From assembly GCA_910592345.1 (NCBI GenBank), contig CAJVPI010000243.1, forward strand, positions 1 to 39,646: a stretch of 39,646 nucleotides of DNA, given 5' to 3'. The DNA comes from Paraglomus brasilianum (Eukaryota). The notes beneath the pieces were generated by a model. It was not told the DNA's origin. It made no database searches and saw only the letters and a program-made list of their open reading frames with translations. Shown one piece after another: positions 9,796 through 23,558 of this stretch. Position numbers and translations under genes: made by a program. Numbering within the stretch: position 1 is the stretch's first letter; every line of letters begins with the position of its first letter.

Positions 9796-10838
9796 AGTAA
9801 TAGGGTGTCAATAATATAAGTTTAGAGTAAATGCGATACTCGTTTATTAACAATAATATATGAAATATAAGGAATATCAGGAATCAAATTCACACTGCGA
9901 ATCTAGCTGAAATCCATGCTGCTTATATACCTTTCGATCTGACTAATTGAGCTATTTTTAGCAGCTATTTCCATCTATCGAATACATCTTTTACGTTTGC
10001 AGCGCTGCTACAGTACTGTCCGTTACACTGCTATTATAAATTTCGTACCACTTGCAGCACTGCTACACCGTCAACGAAGTGACGGGTTATACACTAATTG
10101 CCAATAATTTCTTTACACACTGTATATGTTTTATTTATTCAAGACGCGTAATAGAAGACTTTGTCTATATTTTCTATTTTTAGCTGTTAAACACGACGCA
10201 ATTGAGCTAAAATTGACTAAGTCTCAACCTTTTCTGCCACAAGAAGAACAGAAGTATGTATTGAAAATAACGGATGGCCAACCAATATTAAATTTTCCAG
10301 AATAGTTGCTCTACAAATTTAAAAAAAAAATCATCCGGGATAATTATTATGTAGCTTATTCTGTAAACTAAATAAACGGGTGTCCGTAATTTATTTTAGG
10401 GATTGTATCTATACAATAATACAAAGCTATTCAGATCTCTAGTATAAGGGAATAAATTCGTTTGACTCGAAACTTTGCCTAATCTAAAGTTGTTGGTATG
10501 CAGAGCAATTAAAGAAAGAAAATTCTAAAAGCCATAATAAATTGCGCACGGTCTTTACCGCGACGGAGGTGGTAACGTGAACCAGCCGCCCATGTAAAGC
10601 TTTACTACGCTAGTAGCACCTCTGGGGTACGATAATAAGCAAAATTCAAATGTCAAGCAAAACGTTGAGCGCAACCGACGAAAGCTTCTAGGCTGTTCTT
10701 TAAAAAATCTGTTAGGATAGCAGCCTGTCTTTTACATAAGAATCTAGATTGAGCGCGTTCGAGATGCGAACCAATGAGCGTTTAGAGTCGTTCATTACAC
10801 ATTAATTGGGTGGCATTTGGATGTTCGCTCAAAAAAAT

Positions 10839-10897
10839 TTGGTCGGCGCGGCGCAAGTTATTCGTATCACGTGATACCAAATTCCTGCGCCAACCAA
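10839..10897. promoter_or_regulatory. Palindromic E-box-centred element upstream of RNF10/MAG2
   Basis: Perfect 14-bp palindrome GTATCACGTGATAC (10864-77) flanked by ttggtcggcgc / gcgccaaccaa; CCAAT boxes nearby. Confidence 0.4.
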
Positions 10898-11645
10898 TGT
10901 ATTGTAAATGTCCATTAGCTCAGAATTCTCTCTTCGCTCGAGTTCTTTTGCACCAGGCAGGTAGTTCACGCACTATAGCAAACTGTTAGCCTCTGCTGTT
11001 GTCAACGCCGCGGAGACAGTACATCCTGTTAATCTAGATACCTTAACAGGTTTCCTATTGAGCGCAGTTATAACGTCTCCCCTTAAAACTTGAACTAAGT
11101 TGCTTAGTAGTGTTTGCGAGCTTACAACAATATACGAGTAACAGCAATACTAGTCTCCAAAAAGAAATAAGGGAAATCTAGTATTGGTCTTGTCATATTC
11201 TCTTGGTTCTCGCAGTTTACCTACGGTTTTTCAATCTTACCTACCAAGCCTTTAATTATTTATATCACATTCTATCTTATTTAATTTAAAATAATATTTA
11301 ATATTTTAATGCCCAGTATGGATTTCACTATGTCTTTCGCCATCTAAATGGAGAGCATAATATTCCCATTATTTTTTTATTTTGCTGGTTCCAAGAGAAC
11401 TTCAAGAAACTGGTTGTTTCAATACTATTTCATCTTCAATTTGGCACTTTTACTCTTTCCCATACCAAGGAAAAGTCGAGAGAAATTCGATAACATTTAT
11501 TCTCAATATATATCTTATCTATTGTATTCACTGTTACGTGTATTATCACTGGCTACTATTATTGCTTCACGCAATTGGAATTGTTTGATTTTATTCTTCC
11601 CAAGAAAATCACACGACTCTCGCGTTAGCACTAATTATCGCAACA

Positions 11646-14600
11646 ATGAACGCCAACGCACCCACCTTCATTCCTCAAAATGCTACTGTGAGAACTGGCG
11701 CTTCCACTTCTTCGTCTTGTGGTCGGCGATCACCTGGCCACACTTATTCTCAATCACGGAGCTCGCACCCGCCTGAGAACAGGAAATCATCAGGAAGCCC
11801 ACGAGATTCCTATCAAAGCGACCAGTCTGGTGAGTGAAAATAGATCGGTCGGTCTTATAATGCAACCATTCGGATACTAATGCGGTCTTGAAACAATTAC
11901 AGTCGCCCGCCTAAATAATGGCAATAAGAGATCTAACCCTCATCGCAAGAATAACGGTTCGTCGCGTTATAACCAACGCAGTTTCCCTGCTGCCCGCGAG
12001 AAACAAAAGAATAACTCGTTCGATTATGAGCTTAATGGCATTCCATCAACTGATGACAATGCGGTGTCGTCCTCCTCTGTTCAAGAGGTTGCAACTGCCA
12101 TGTCTGATATGACTATAGCAAATGATGATCCTGCAGTATGCATAAATTTATGTAAAGCTTGTTTTTTCATATCAAAATTCTTCCGGCGAGCGCTTACATA
12201 TATTTATTATGTAAATAGATATATGGAGTTCCAGACAGAAAGGGTCGTATATCTTTAAATCACCTCTTGCGATTTTCCTTTCCAGAAAGACAACAGTCGC
12301 CTGCTATGTTGCCTCGGCGACACCGACCATCAAACTATCAGCCTTACAACAAAGAACGTTTTGTAAACGCCAAGTGAGTCCAAGCCTTTTCGTTGTGCAT
12401 TTCACGTTTATGTTATGTAGGACGAGTCGATTGACCGACTTTATTATAGTTTTCGCTTTTTAGTGAAGTCGACGGGTGATTATACTGTCTATCAGGTTGA
12501 CCCGGGTACGTGCAAATTGTACATTTAGAAACCAGCAATTTAATTGATTGCATTCATTGACGAGCTCTTGATGAATATCTTTTAGACATTCTGTTGAATT
12601 GGTCGGATATCGAACAAGTGGTATGTATTCAGCGTGCTTACAATGCAAACAATCAGTTCATCTATATAATGGGAAGCAATTTGTTATTCAGATTATTACA
12701 ACTTCCATGATACCGAGCTGTCCGATTTGTCTTCAGCAACCCGCTGCAGCTCGAATCACTAAATGCGGACACTCTTACTGCCTTTCTTGTATAATTCATT
12801 ATTTACAATTGATCGTCGATGAGGAAAAACCTAACAGGAAATGGCGGAAATGTCCAATTTGCTGGGATGCCATATATGCTCGGGATCTGAAGAGCGTTAG
12901 ATTTTGGATTATTGAAGATCTCAAAAGACCTGGCAATGGAAAACCAGCCGAGAGTGCAATTACTATGCGGCTGATTTATCGTTCTATGGTGAGTGCATTG
13001 ACATAAAAACCTACAAAATTTGTAGTTCCACAATTAACATTTTGACGTATCTTATTGTGTAGAATTCGACTATGGCATTGCCTAGAACTTCGACCTGGCC
13101 GTCTCGCGAAAACGATAATGCCACAGAATCACTTCCATGGCATTTTACGCCTAATGCATTGGCTTTTGCAAAAATGATGCTTGCTTCTGCAGCCTATATG
13201 GAAACAGAATATCATAGAGATCTTAGGGAACTCGATGAAATACTGGAGGAAGCCAAAAATTTGAACTATCAGGAAGAGATTCCTTTCATTGAAATGGCTA
13301 TTGTAACTGTGCAGGTTTGTGCTCCATGTTAAAAGAGCAATGTTAAAAGGTCATACCATTGACATTTGGCTTATGTGACTCTTTAAAATTTCAGGATCAA
13401 CTTGACCTTCCCCAGAAACCTACGCCTGCTAGTGTGACTGATCTTGAAAAGCGTATCCATGACTTAACCGAGTCGATAAATGTAAAGAATGTAGCTGAAG
13501 AACTCAAAGTAGAGGGAGGGACAGGTTATTGGGATGACACGAAGTCGGTTGCGCGTGGTATTAAAGCAGGAGTAAGTTATGGTCATACTTATCTGCCACA
13601 TTCTTAATGGCAAATAGAGAGCTAAATACTATTACTTAAATAGGGGAAAGTTCAGGAAGCGATTTCAAACGAAGGTTATGGAAATTATTCCTTGCAAAGC
13701 CCTGACTATTGGATCCAGACGGTACCTAACACTGTCTCGGAAGACGATATTCCTGCTTTTCTTCCAGACGAGTTCCGAGAAAAAGCCCATATCGCCACGC
13801 AAGAACCTACGCATGAGCCTACAGATAACTTTGCGGCCACGAAGACGAATGTTGGCAATACACGTGATTCTGTGTATCATTTCTACCAGGCTGGTGATGG
13901 CCAGCGTGTCTATTTGTATCCTTTGGATATTCGCATTTTAAAATACGAATTCGGTAGTTTTGAAAACTTTCCCAATACTATTACATTACCTGTCGTTGGG
14001 GTTCAAGAGAGCACAATGACTGAGGTATGAATCTGAAATAAGTTGAACATTTATTTGCGTTTTACACGGTCTCTAAATTGCTCTCAACGTTTCAAGGACC
14101 TGCGCAAACGATTTAAATATTTGAACCATCTGCCTCTGAGCTGTGATGTGACATTTATAGAAGTAGATCTAACGGATATCGTGTCTAAGGCTACTCTGCA
14201 AGTATTTAAGAGTAAGTTATTTTCTGTATGTCTTGAAAGCGATTATGTGATTCTACAGTAACTGCTAACTGTAATTCCAGAGGAACTTGATCAGCGTGAA
14301 CATCGCCGGAAAGAGAAATTCCGTATTGAACAGAAGCAACAAAGAAAGGCTGTCGGCGAACGTAAATTTAATGAAGAAGATTATGACTTTTCTTTTCAAC
14401 CATTGCCTTCAGAAAGGAACAATCCGCGAGGAGAAATATCTGATAGTGAAAGCTCTTCAAGCGGTAATCCAGTCGCATCTAGGGTCGAGTACGATGGTCC
14501 CAGAACAGTCTGGGGTACTCCCGCAGTTTCGTTTGCGGATGTTACCCGAGGACGTGGTTCAGAAGAAGATGATTATGTCTTTTACGATTTTCAAGAAGAG

Positions 14601-14675
14601 GAAGTGTATTTTGGGAAAAAACAAAAAAAGAAGAAACTTGTACTTATGTCGACCAATGGAAATAGACGTCAATAA
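11646..14675 (+). CDS. MAG2: RING-finger E3 ligase RNF10/Mag2 family, multi-exon
   Basis: Spliced motifs ISLNHLLRF, YNKERFVNANFRF, C3HC4 RING CPICL..ITKCGHSYCLSC..WRKCPIC, YHFYQAGDGQRVYLYPLDIRIL, RKRFKYLNHLP, C-terminal KKKKLVLMST. Confidence 0.9.
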
Positions 14676-15643
14676 TAAACTTTGAATCAGAATAATTCTG
14701 CTCAGATATGGTGCCATATCATTGTTGAGTTGCGAACTTTTCAAAATTCGAATCTTCTATTGTGAATAGTCAAATACCTTACGGGAAAAGTGATTATCGA
14801 TTCTATTGCATTAATCTATCATCTGTTCAATCCTTTTGATGTTTTCGGCGAAAGGTTCCTCGCATATTGAACTAGTATACAACTCATCGATAATTTTTAT
14901 AGCAAAAGGAGTTTGTAGTGTTCTGTAGTTAGCTGACATGTCAACTCAGCAACTATAGCTTCTTTCTCTTTCCAAATGCAAGTGACAACAATGTCATCTG
15001 ACATTATGATATCATTATATATGGTTGTAATAAGAGACCAACGTTAAGCAAGAGAGAACGAGGTTATACATGATGCCGTATGAGACGTAGGAATTCAACC
15101 TGAATGCGAGATGTTATTACTTCCATCTATTGAACAAAGATCCACAACAGAAACATTGCCGCTGCTAAGGAAAAGGTTCTTCCACCAGTCCATGCTTCAT
15201 TGATTGGGTGATGATATTCTTTCTACGAATTATTAAAGGGTTAGTCGCCCTTCCCCAAGTGAATACTATTACTATATCCAAAATTCGGACACTACAATCC
15301 GGCATACGTGGCTGGAAACAAACTATCTTAAAGCATTGACAAATTCCATATTGTTCAGTCATCTAGAATTAAAGTTCGGAGAACTTTCAGTAGGCATTTC
15401 GCTACCCGACAACAATTTATTAATGCATCACAATCAAATCGTATGTATTCACACTAAAAAAAATCTTGCCATTAGGAAATTAGAAGTTTCCGTGTTATTA
15501 GGAATGTGCAATAAAACAAACCACTACAGATAGCTTTTTTACAAGTTTTGTGTACTATTATGTAAAGTTTATTATTATAATCATCATTATTATATTCACG
15601 TGATCTCGATAAGTCGGCCACCAGACCAGCCCGCCTTGGCTGA

Positions 15644-18106
15644 CTATCGAGGTTGACTTGTACCAGAAGACATACTATAGCGATGAGCAGAAAATCGTTG
15701 CTCGCGCTTGTATTGCACGCGGGGACTCTGCGTTGTTGACTCATGTTCACTCTGTGTTGATGTTGGTAAAGGTGGTGGAGATGGTGATGAGGGTAGAGTT
15801 CCGGAAAAAGAACTGAGCGAACCGCCAGAAGACCGACGGGATCGACGTTCTCGAGATTCAAGAGTACGTCGTGATGGCTGCTGAAAATCATTGACCGACT
15901 CTGATGGTAAGTTTGGAGAAACTTGGTGCCCAGAACGATTATATCGTAATGTAGCCCGGGAACCACCGTAATAAGATAATGTTGGTGATGTTGGACCGAC
16001 AGAAGAAACTGGAGAAGTTCGTCGGCCAGCTTGATCACCTTGCTCGGTTCCCTGTTGCATTTCGTGGTACGATGTTTGAGTTTCTTGAGCCGAGCCGTTA
16101 GCCATCGTAAGACGCGAGGAAGCCAGCGAAGGAGATACAGATCTGTTCGTATGAGTCGTTGTCGGAATTCCCAAGATCGAGGAATTCGTTGAGGAACGCC
16201 CATTTTGCACATTTTGTTTATAATCTCTCTCAGCAGTAATATTCCTTACTGCATAAGCTCTCTGTGCTAATGGCCCCAATGCTAGCAAACATTCCGTCAG
16301 GCTGCGTATCTGTTCATCACTAGTTTTCAGCAGGTCCTTCACGGTCCTTTCCAAAGTTTGAGGATCCATATCTGGTTGTGCCAATATACTACGAAACCTC
16401 CGATTCAATAGTAGCGCGGTTGACACAACCATCGCCATAGAACGTGAGGGTGACGGAGATGTATCTTCAGTCGATTGTGATATCGTTGTCGGAAAGGCCT
16501 TTTCAAAGAATTCGAAAGCATTTTGCAAATGCTTCTGATGTTGAGCGGATACAGTAGAGCGACTTGATGAACTAGTTGCTGTTGAACTCGTACCTTGTGA
16601 GTCATTAGGAGATGTCACGCTCGGCGACATCATGTCGTATGTGAAACGTCGACGTCGACGATCGATAGGGGAGTCTTGAAAAAAAAATTATTCACGAGTT
16701 AGAACTATATCACTTATTGAGTTAATTACTAATTGCTTGCTTTTAATCTTTTCTTTTTTTGTCCGGTGGTTTCCCAATTTACTGGCATAATGGCTGATAC
16801 TTACCAATGTGTTCAGATTCAAGTCTCTGAATGCGAGATTTTAAGCTGCCCAATTCTTCCAGTAAGGATTCTCCCGAAACAACACTGCTATTATCATCAG
16901 CAATCTCTGTTGATGCATGACGATCGTCGGGACGTCGTCCAGGCGTTCTATTTACTCTCGAAGTAGTGTCACCGCCATCTTTTGAAAACCTTTGCAGCGA
17001 AGATAGTCTTCGTCCATTCACAGAAGCAGTAGTCAACTTGCTGGCAGGCAGCATGGCCTTACCTTCCTCACCAATAGCATTATCAGAGAATGAACTTGTT
17101 TCTTCTTCAATTTCTTCCATGGAAGAGTAAAGCATGCTCGTTGGACGACTGCGGTTATTGAAATCTAACTGATTATTGTCAGTTCCGTAACGTCGTCGCA
17201 ATGAACCCTTACCCATCAAAGATGGAGTAAGCTGTAAATGAGCACTCGCCATATCGAATTCTGAATCAGATGACTCGGGCGTAAGAGGACGACGTTTCGA
17301 ACTTATAGATTTTGTATTTATAGTTAAACCGGGCTGTAGTTTATTAGATCTCCGATTAATAATCTCATTCGTATCCTTAGCATTACTGTTATCTAGGTTA
17401 TTGCTTATAGTATCATCACAGGAGTCCGAGTCTGTTGTATTATTATTCTCTGCAGAAAGGTACTTTAAATCCAATTCCCCCGTACTCAATAAATCAGCAT
17501 TTTGCTCCTTATTTAGACGATGCGTAACTTGTTTGCCTGTCTTTTGCATAGAACATCGATTGTCCCCCTCTGGAAGAGTTTGTAAGTTCTCCATATAATC
17601 ATCTTCTCCCCCCTCAAGAACTTCATCAACTTTCAAAGAAAATTCAAGTTGTGGGATAGAAGAAACAGATTGCTGCTGTACACTACTACTTCGTCTTCGT
17701 CGTGATTTGAGATTGTTTACTAGAGTATCAATATCCTTTTCCGAATCGCTTATATCACGCGGTGCGATGTTTTCTATCCGGTTATTTATATCAGTGAGCG
17801 CTTGTGATTGAGATTGCTGCAGCTGGGTTATTTGGTCAAGAATCTATAAGAAGACGTAGTTGATAGTGCAACGGAACGAATTCGGTTAGCGTACTGAAGC
17901 CATGATTGAAAAGTGCAAATTACCAAAAGTCGACTGTCCGTAGGCGATTCCTTCGATGCACGAACTTTTCACTCTATAAACAGTAACCGGTCGAATTGTT
18001 ATACCTCCTTATGTCTTGACGAAAGGGAAGCTATTGCATTCTTAGTGTGCCGTATGAAGGTATTCCCGCGTTCAGTAGGTGTCGCTGGCGCGGAAGCCGT
18101 GGTCAT
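15644..18106 (-). CDS. Ser/Thr/Arg-rich, mostly disordered protein with coiled-coil segments (~720 aa), function unknown
   Basis: Exons 18106-18005, 17843-16805 and 16674-15644 splice in frame (GT-AG). Conserved-looking blocks LLEELGSLKSRIQRLE and SDEQIRSLTECLLAL. Confidence 0.75.
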
Positions 18107-19129
18107 TATAGTTATAAAATTAGAAGTATGCTCCCCCAACGGAATAGAGCAAAACTAGCGCACTTCATCAACAAAGTACTTTACTAAGGACAGAGAGATT
18201 GGTCCGAATAATACAGTAAGAAGTTGGAATCTACACTAAATTGTCTGGTAAAGTCAGTTTATAATAAAGAGTCCGTCCGAAAGAAAGCGTGATTCCAAAA
18301 AAAAAAGTATGGGTAAACGTAGAATAAAATATAAAATGCTGGTAAATAGAAATTATTCTTTAGGGGGGTTTAGTAAGAAGTATCCAACTGATAAACAGAA
18401 GCAGAATGTTTGGTAACACATGCCCAAATTTAGCAGGAAGTCTAAATTTTTGGTAAGTGAATTCGTGATTAGTGAGGCAACATGTAAACTACAGCACATA
18501 TTCGGAGGTGCTCTCGGCAGGTGCATACATTAAGCGAACTACTTTCCTCATTAGTGTACTTGTTTCAACCATAACAAAGATTCCTTAGTTAACGGGCAAG
18601 TGCATCAACTGGGCATATAATATGGCACGTACAATATCTGTGGGTTTGCCCGAAGTGATGAACAGTGCATATACGCACATGTTGAATTCTCCTCGGAGAC
18701 AAAGAAACATTCGTTATCCAAGTTTGCTTCATCCGGCATGTATCGCCATTAATCCGATGCTAATGATGCTGCAAATGCCTGCGATGTCAATGATCTCATA
18801 CGTAAGGGGCTGCGCAACATTATCGCCTACGACATACATTCTCTTTAATATAAACAATCGGTTTTCAGAATAGGAACACCATATTCCATGTCTTAGTATT
18901 TTGGCGGGAAAGTTCAAAGAATCATTATTTGTATCTCAATCCCGGATAATAATTAAACGAGCATAATGCGTAATGTTTATTGGACGATCCAGGTGGATTT
19001 TTCTATCATAGAATGGCCAATGGTCATTTAACGGCATATTGCTGGCCTCTAGCATAGCACGACGCATGGCAACCTGAAGGACTGATCACAAGATAGCTGC
19101 ATTCACGGAAAGGATGCCCAATCGGCTAT

Positions 19130-22100
19130 TTAGCCTGGCTTGACTAACATTATATTATCCTTAAAAAAAGCACAATATATTGTCAATAAGTATTACGAAA
19201 ATAACAATGGTAGAAGCTCTCTTACCTTCACCAATTTTGAAAGCACCTTCCCACTGACACCAGCATACTCGAGAGAAGATATCTATATATATCAAGGATA
19301 ATACGTTAATATTCTGCACATTCTAATATACAATAATTGCCAGATAAATACTTCGAGAATCGGTCCATGTGAATTGATATATTCTACTATTGTTCTTGCT
19401 CGTGCGTTTCCGATACCCTTCAATGACTTTATTTGCTTTGCATCAGCTGTGTTGATGACTTTTAATATAGATTCTTTCACTAATTGCCAATTTTCGGTTG
19501 ACATCATTGGTTGATCTTTCGTTAGAGAATCTCGACTGTAAGGTTTGTTCTCCTTATCACCCTGGCTTCGCTCCCTTCGCAACCTCTCGCCTATACGCCT
19601 TTGTCCGTTTGCTTTGTATTTTATCACCTTGCCAGTCTTAATTCCTTCTTTTAAAGCGCTGATTTTGGTAGCCAGTCTAACATACTCCGGCAAATAGACT
19701 TGTGCTAACCAACCGATTCAATAGTTACTACACTGCAAATAGTAGATGAAATTGAAACAAAAAATGACAAAATGACCAGTAACCTTTTTCGTATATTTCT
19801 AGTGCGGGAACAAGCTCATCCTGTTTCTCATGCATCCGCCCAAGTGCAATCAAAGCTCTACCATTTTTTATCTTGGTCTCTGGGGTAAGCAATTGAACAA
19901 GCTGGGGTTCAATACTCGTTTCCCTATATTATTTGTTATTGTGAGTTATGTCATTGTTAGCAAGTGACACTCATCTGCCAATGAATAAACATACATTCGT
20001 TGCTCCAATCGTTCTTGAAGAGTTTCCTCAAAGTTTGCTTTTTGTTGAGATACTGGGCTAACATCAATTTAATGGGCTCTATTAGCAAGCTTTCATTACC
20101 CTTTTGTTAAATTCCAAACTTATTGACAAACCTTAAAAACTCCTGCTTTACTGAAATTTCTTTGATTCTCTTTTCAAGTTTCTCATCAATATTAGCTTCC
20201 ATCTTCATTGTAAGTTTTTTTTCAATCTCCTCCAGTTGTTTCTCTGACAACACAGCCTTTGTACTTGCCGCATTTCTAGTGCCAAAAGTCTCTGCTAAAC
20301 AGCCATGTGAACCTTTGGAAGAAAAATCGTGAAATTTCACGTTCTTCGTTGACACAAAGATACTGTCGCTGAGACGTTCATTTTTTGTAGACATGGCCCC
20401 TTTATTGTTCAAGCTCAAGGTCTTATCTGACAATGGGTCACTGAATCTTTGTTTCTTTCCATCTGATTGAGCATTGGAACGTTCAGCGGGAACAACACGC
20501 GTTGTCTTCTGGGGTTTCGCCAAAACCAATTGCTCGGCAACATGCCTAACATCTAATACATCTCAATTATAAAAAGACTAGTTGGTACGGATAATATTAT
20601 GGTTACACGATATTTACTCACCAGTTATTTGGTTCACTTCTGGTCTATTTTCAATTTCTTTTGTTCTTGTTGCAAAATTCAGAGTACTCAATGATAGAAG
20701 AAATAAAAGTGTCAATTAAGTAAATAAACACATGTATAACGCATTGATAAGATCATCGTATGGCCTACTTGTAAGTATCTGTATAAAACGCCTTTCAAAT
20801 ATACATATATCGAGTTAGATTTGTCCTCATAACTCGATAAATTTAACATCAAATGTCTTACCTGACCGGGTGAAATGTTTATGATAATCATGCTAAGACT
20901 CCGGCCGCCAAGAGAATCCTTCGACGCGAAAATGTTATTCATGTTAGCATGGAATGCCTCTACTGACTAGCGAATCGAAAGCTTACCTGAAGTATCCGTG
21001 TCATTTTCGAATCACGGTAAGGGATTCGTGACTATAGAATGATTTACTCATTAATTTAACTGCGTCTAATTAGAAGTACGCTCCATCTATACTTACCGAT
21101 CCTTGGCTTAATGCCTCAACAACTTGACCAAGTGCAAAAAGACTCTTATTGATAGCGGCGCTTTCTACTAATCGTTCTTTACCATTTTCTGTTCTCCGGT
21201 TGTCTTCCGATCCAGCCAAATCGATAAGATTGATTTTCCCAAATAATGTTGTACCCCTAGCATCATCTCGGCATGTCACATATATACAAAGAATCGCATG
21301 GGATCGACTAGAGTGAACATTTAACTTGGTTGCTGCAGTAGACCTGTGTTTGCAGGCGGCGCTGTAAACTTTCTCAAATTCCGCATATGAATTTATTTCT
21401 TTCTACAATGAGGCATCGGAACAAATTGTGCATAATTACATGGTCCATTAACACAAGAAAGTATAAAGAAAATAGTTCAAGTTTATTCTCATACGCACCT
21501 CGGTCAAATTGGCCACAAAAATATTCCTGTTCATGTCTTCTCGAATAGCTAGGCCAGTAATCTACAAATTTGATCATGAAAACTCTATCATTATAGGTGG
21601 GACATGTTCTCGATACATTTAAAAATCTACAGTAAATATAATTCCAACATCGAACTCACCGAGTCCCTCGGAACTAATAAATCGTATACATTCTCCTTGT
21701 AGATTTCCATGTATGATACTTTGATGTCAATACGATTGATTGACGTGTTCTTGATTTCAAACAGCCTCCTCAGTGTCCTCGGTATGATACCAGGATGCTC
21801 TTGGCTTCCTTGCATGGTGTGAGTCTTACCTGTAATAAACAAAATATTATTAAGCGCAACCAACATTAAACACAGACAGAACAACCGACATTGACCGAAT
21901 ATTAACCTGATCCTGTTACACCATAAGCAAATATTGTAGCATTCTATTGCAAGCCGTTCATCAGTAAAACGTAAAAGTGAAACGAATGTGCATGAATGTA
22001 ATCTAGTCACTTACTAGTCCTTTAAGCACGTGGTCTAACAACGGATAGACATCATTATTGAAAAGTTCTGTTTGTGCAGTAGTTGGTCCGTAACAAGCAT

Positions 22101-22369
22101 TGAAACTTGTACGTTACAATTCGGGAAGAGGAACGCGCTGAGCTAAATGTGTAAGAAGTTAGACGATTGATATTTATTTATTCGTACCTATACTTCAATA
22201 TTTCTGTCGGGTTTCTCTGGTTGGTAATTTTAATAGAATTGCCATCAACGCCTACCGTGTCGTCAGGAAATTCATGAGGTAAGAAGGGTCGAACACGGCA
22301 GACTACTTTCACTTTTTGTTGAGAGATAGGATTATCTGTTTTCGTAATTTTCTTTATTGGAAACTGCAT
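19130..22369 (-). CDS. KIF22: Kinesin-10 / KIF22 (Kid)-like motor with C-terminal helix-hairpin-helix
   Basis: VKVVCRVRP, P-loop AYGVTGSGKTHTM, NVHSSRSH, LIDLAGSEDNRRT, INKSLFALGQVV, DSLGG; HhH INTADAKQIKSLKGIG; many GT-AG introns. Confidence 0.9.
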
Positions 22370-22619
22370 TAGAGTCGGCTCTCGATTATTTACGAAGAGT
22401 TATTTTTTGTTTAATGAATTTGGTCCCAAGGAATCATTATGTGTTGGCTTGTTTTATCTTTACGTGACACATTCGCCTCTTGTTGTCGTGTCGTATCGTG
22501 TAACGAATGAGATCAACCAACGCCACAAGACATCCTTAAGGTCATGTGGGTTTGTGGCGTTATAAATATGGATTATAATTAATAATACGTAAATTCTACT
22601 GCGCTTTGTTTTTCAAATA

Positions 22620-22788
22620 CAGTCAACCCTCTTTATAGTCACCCCCTCTATAAGCACATCATGTTTGATAACCAATTACTATTGAACTTATAGGAAAAAC
22701 CCTCTATATAGTCACAACCTCTTTATAAGCACATTTTCAACAAAAGTTGCATTGTTCCTGACAGCGTGACTATAAAGAGGGTTGACTG
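22620..22788. mobile_element. pogo/Tigger-type MITE, 169 bp
   Basis: Perfect 23-bp TIRs cagtcaaccctctttatagtcac (22620-42 / 22766-88), TA at both sides, internal duplicate of the left end near 22698-22735. Confidence 0.92.
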
Positions 22789-23558
22789 TATAACTAGCAA
22801 TCGTATGTTGCTAAATTTATGGCTTCTTTTTCGCTTCCTACCCGGGGCTTTACCTCTTGTATTGGTCTAATCCACCCTTTCTGTCAAGCTGCCATTGTAA
22901 CGAAAATGTTAGACTCTGTTGAGATTTGAAAATACATCTTTTGCGGCAGAAGCAAGTGAGCGAGTTTAATCCGAACTGCTTCGTGCTTATTATTTTACCT
23001 GTATTTCTAGATTATAGATATCGGAGTTAATAGAATAGAGCTGTTTCATTTACATGGTGTTTCCCTCAGACATGTTGTGTACGGTAAGTTAGTTTAGCAG
23101 TATTATTATAACATCAACAATAGTTTAACTTGTGTCCAAAAGGAACACAAAATACGACACTATTAAACTTCTGCCTCATCTCATTAAATATGGCGGACGG
23201 ACTGAAACAATGATAAACACGTTAGGACGATGCATCAAATATTATGCACAGAGCGGAACGTTTGCAGATGTATCATATTAATATCGTAACCCGCGCGGAT
23301 AATACATATGTAGTGACTTTTACCAGAATAAATTTATGGATATCCGTGTTTCCTATTTGCTTTTACCGATAGTCAACATTTGCAATAATGTTTCTAAAGT
23401 CATTTAGTTTGATTAGCGAAAGCTATATAAAAAATGTAGCGTTTATGCTGTTACTGACATCATTGATAACAGTGATGATAAGTGATGTACTTTAACAGCA
23501 ATTTTGACGCGAAACGTGTGTTAAACGTGTTAACTAAAGACATACATATCTTTCCCAC

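Noticed and set aside
9997..10067. ttgcagcRctgctaca twice, 55 bp apart
   Set aside because: Only two copies; too little to call an array
11348..11776. 142-aa hydrophobic ORF overlapping the MAG2 start
   Set aside because: T-rich leader or intron composition, out of frame with the real gene, no family features
15472..16212. 246-aa alternative-frame ORF
   Set aside because: Shadow of the Ser-rich CDS
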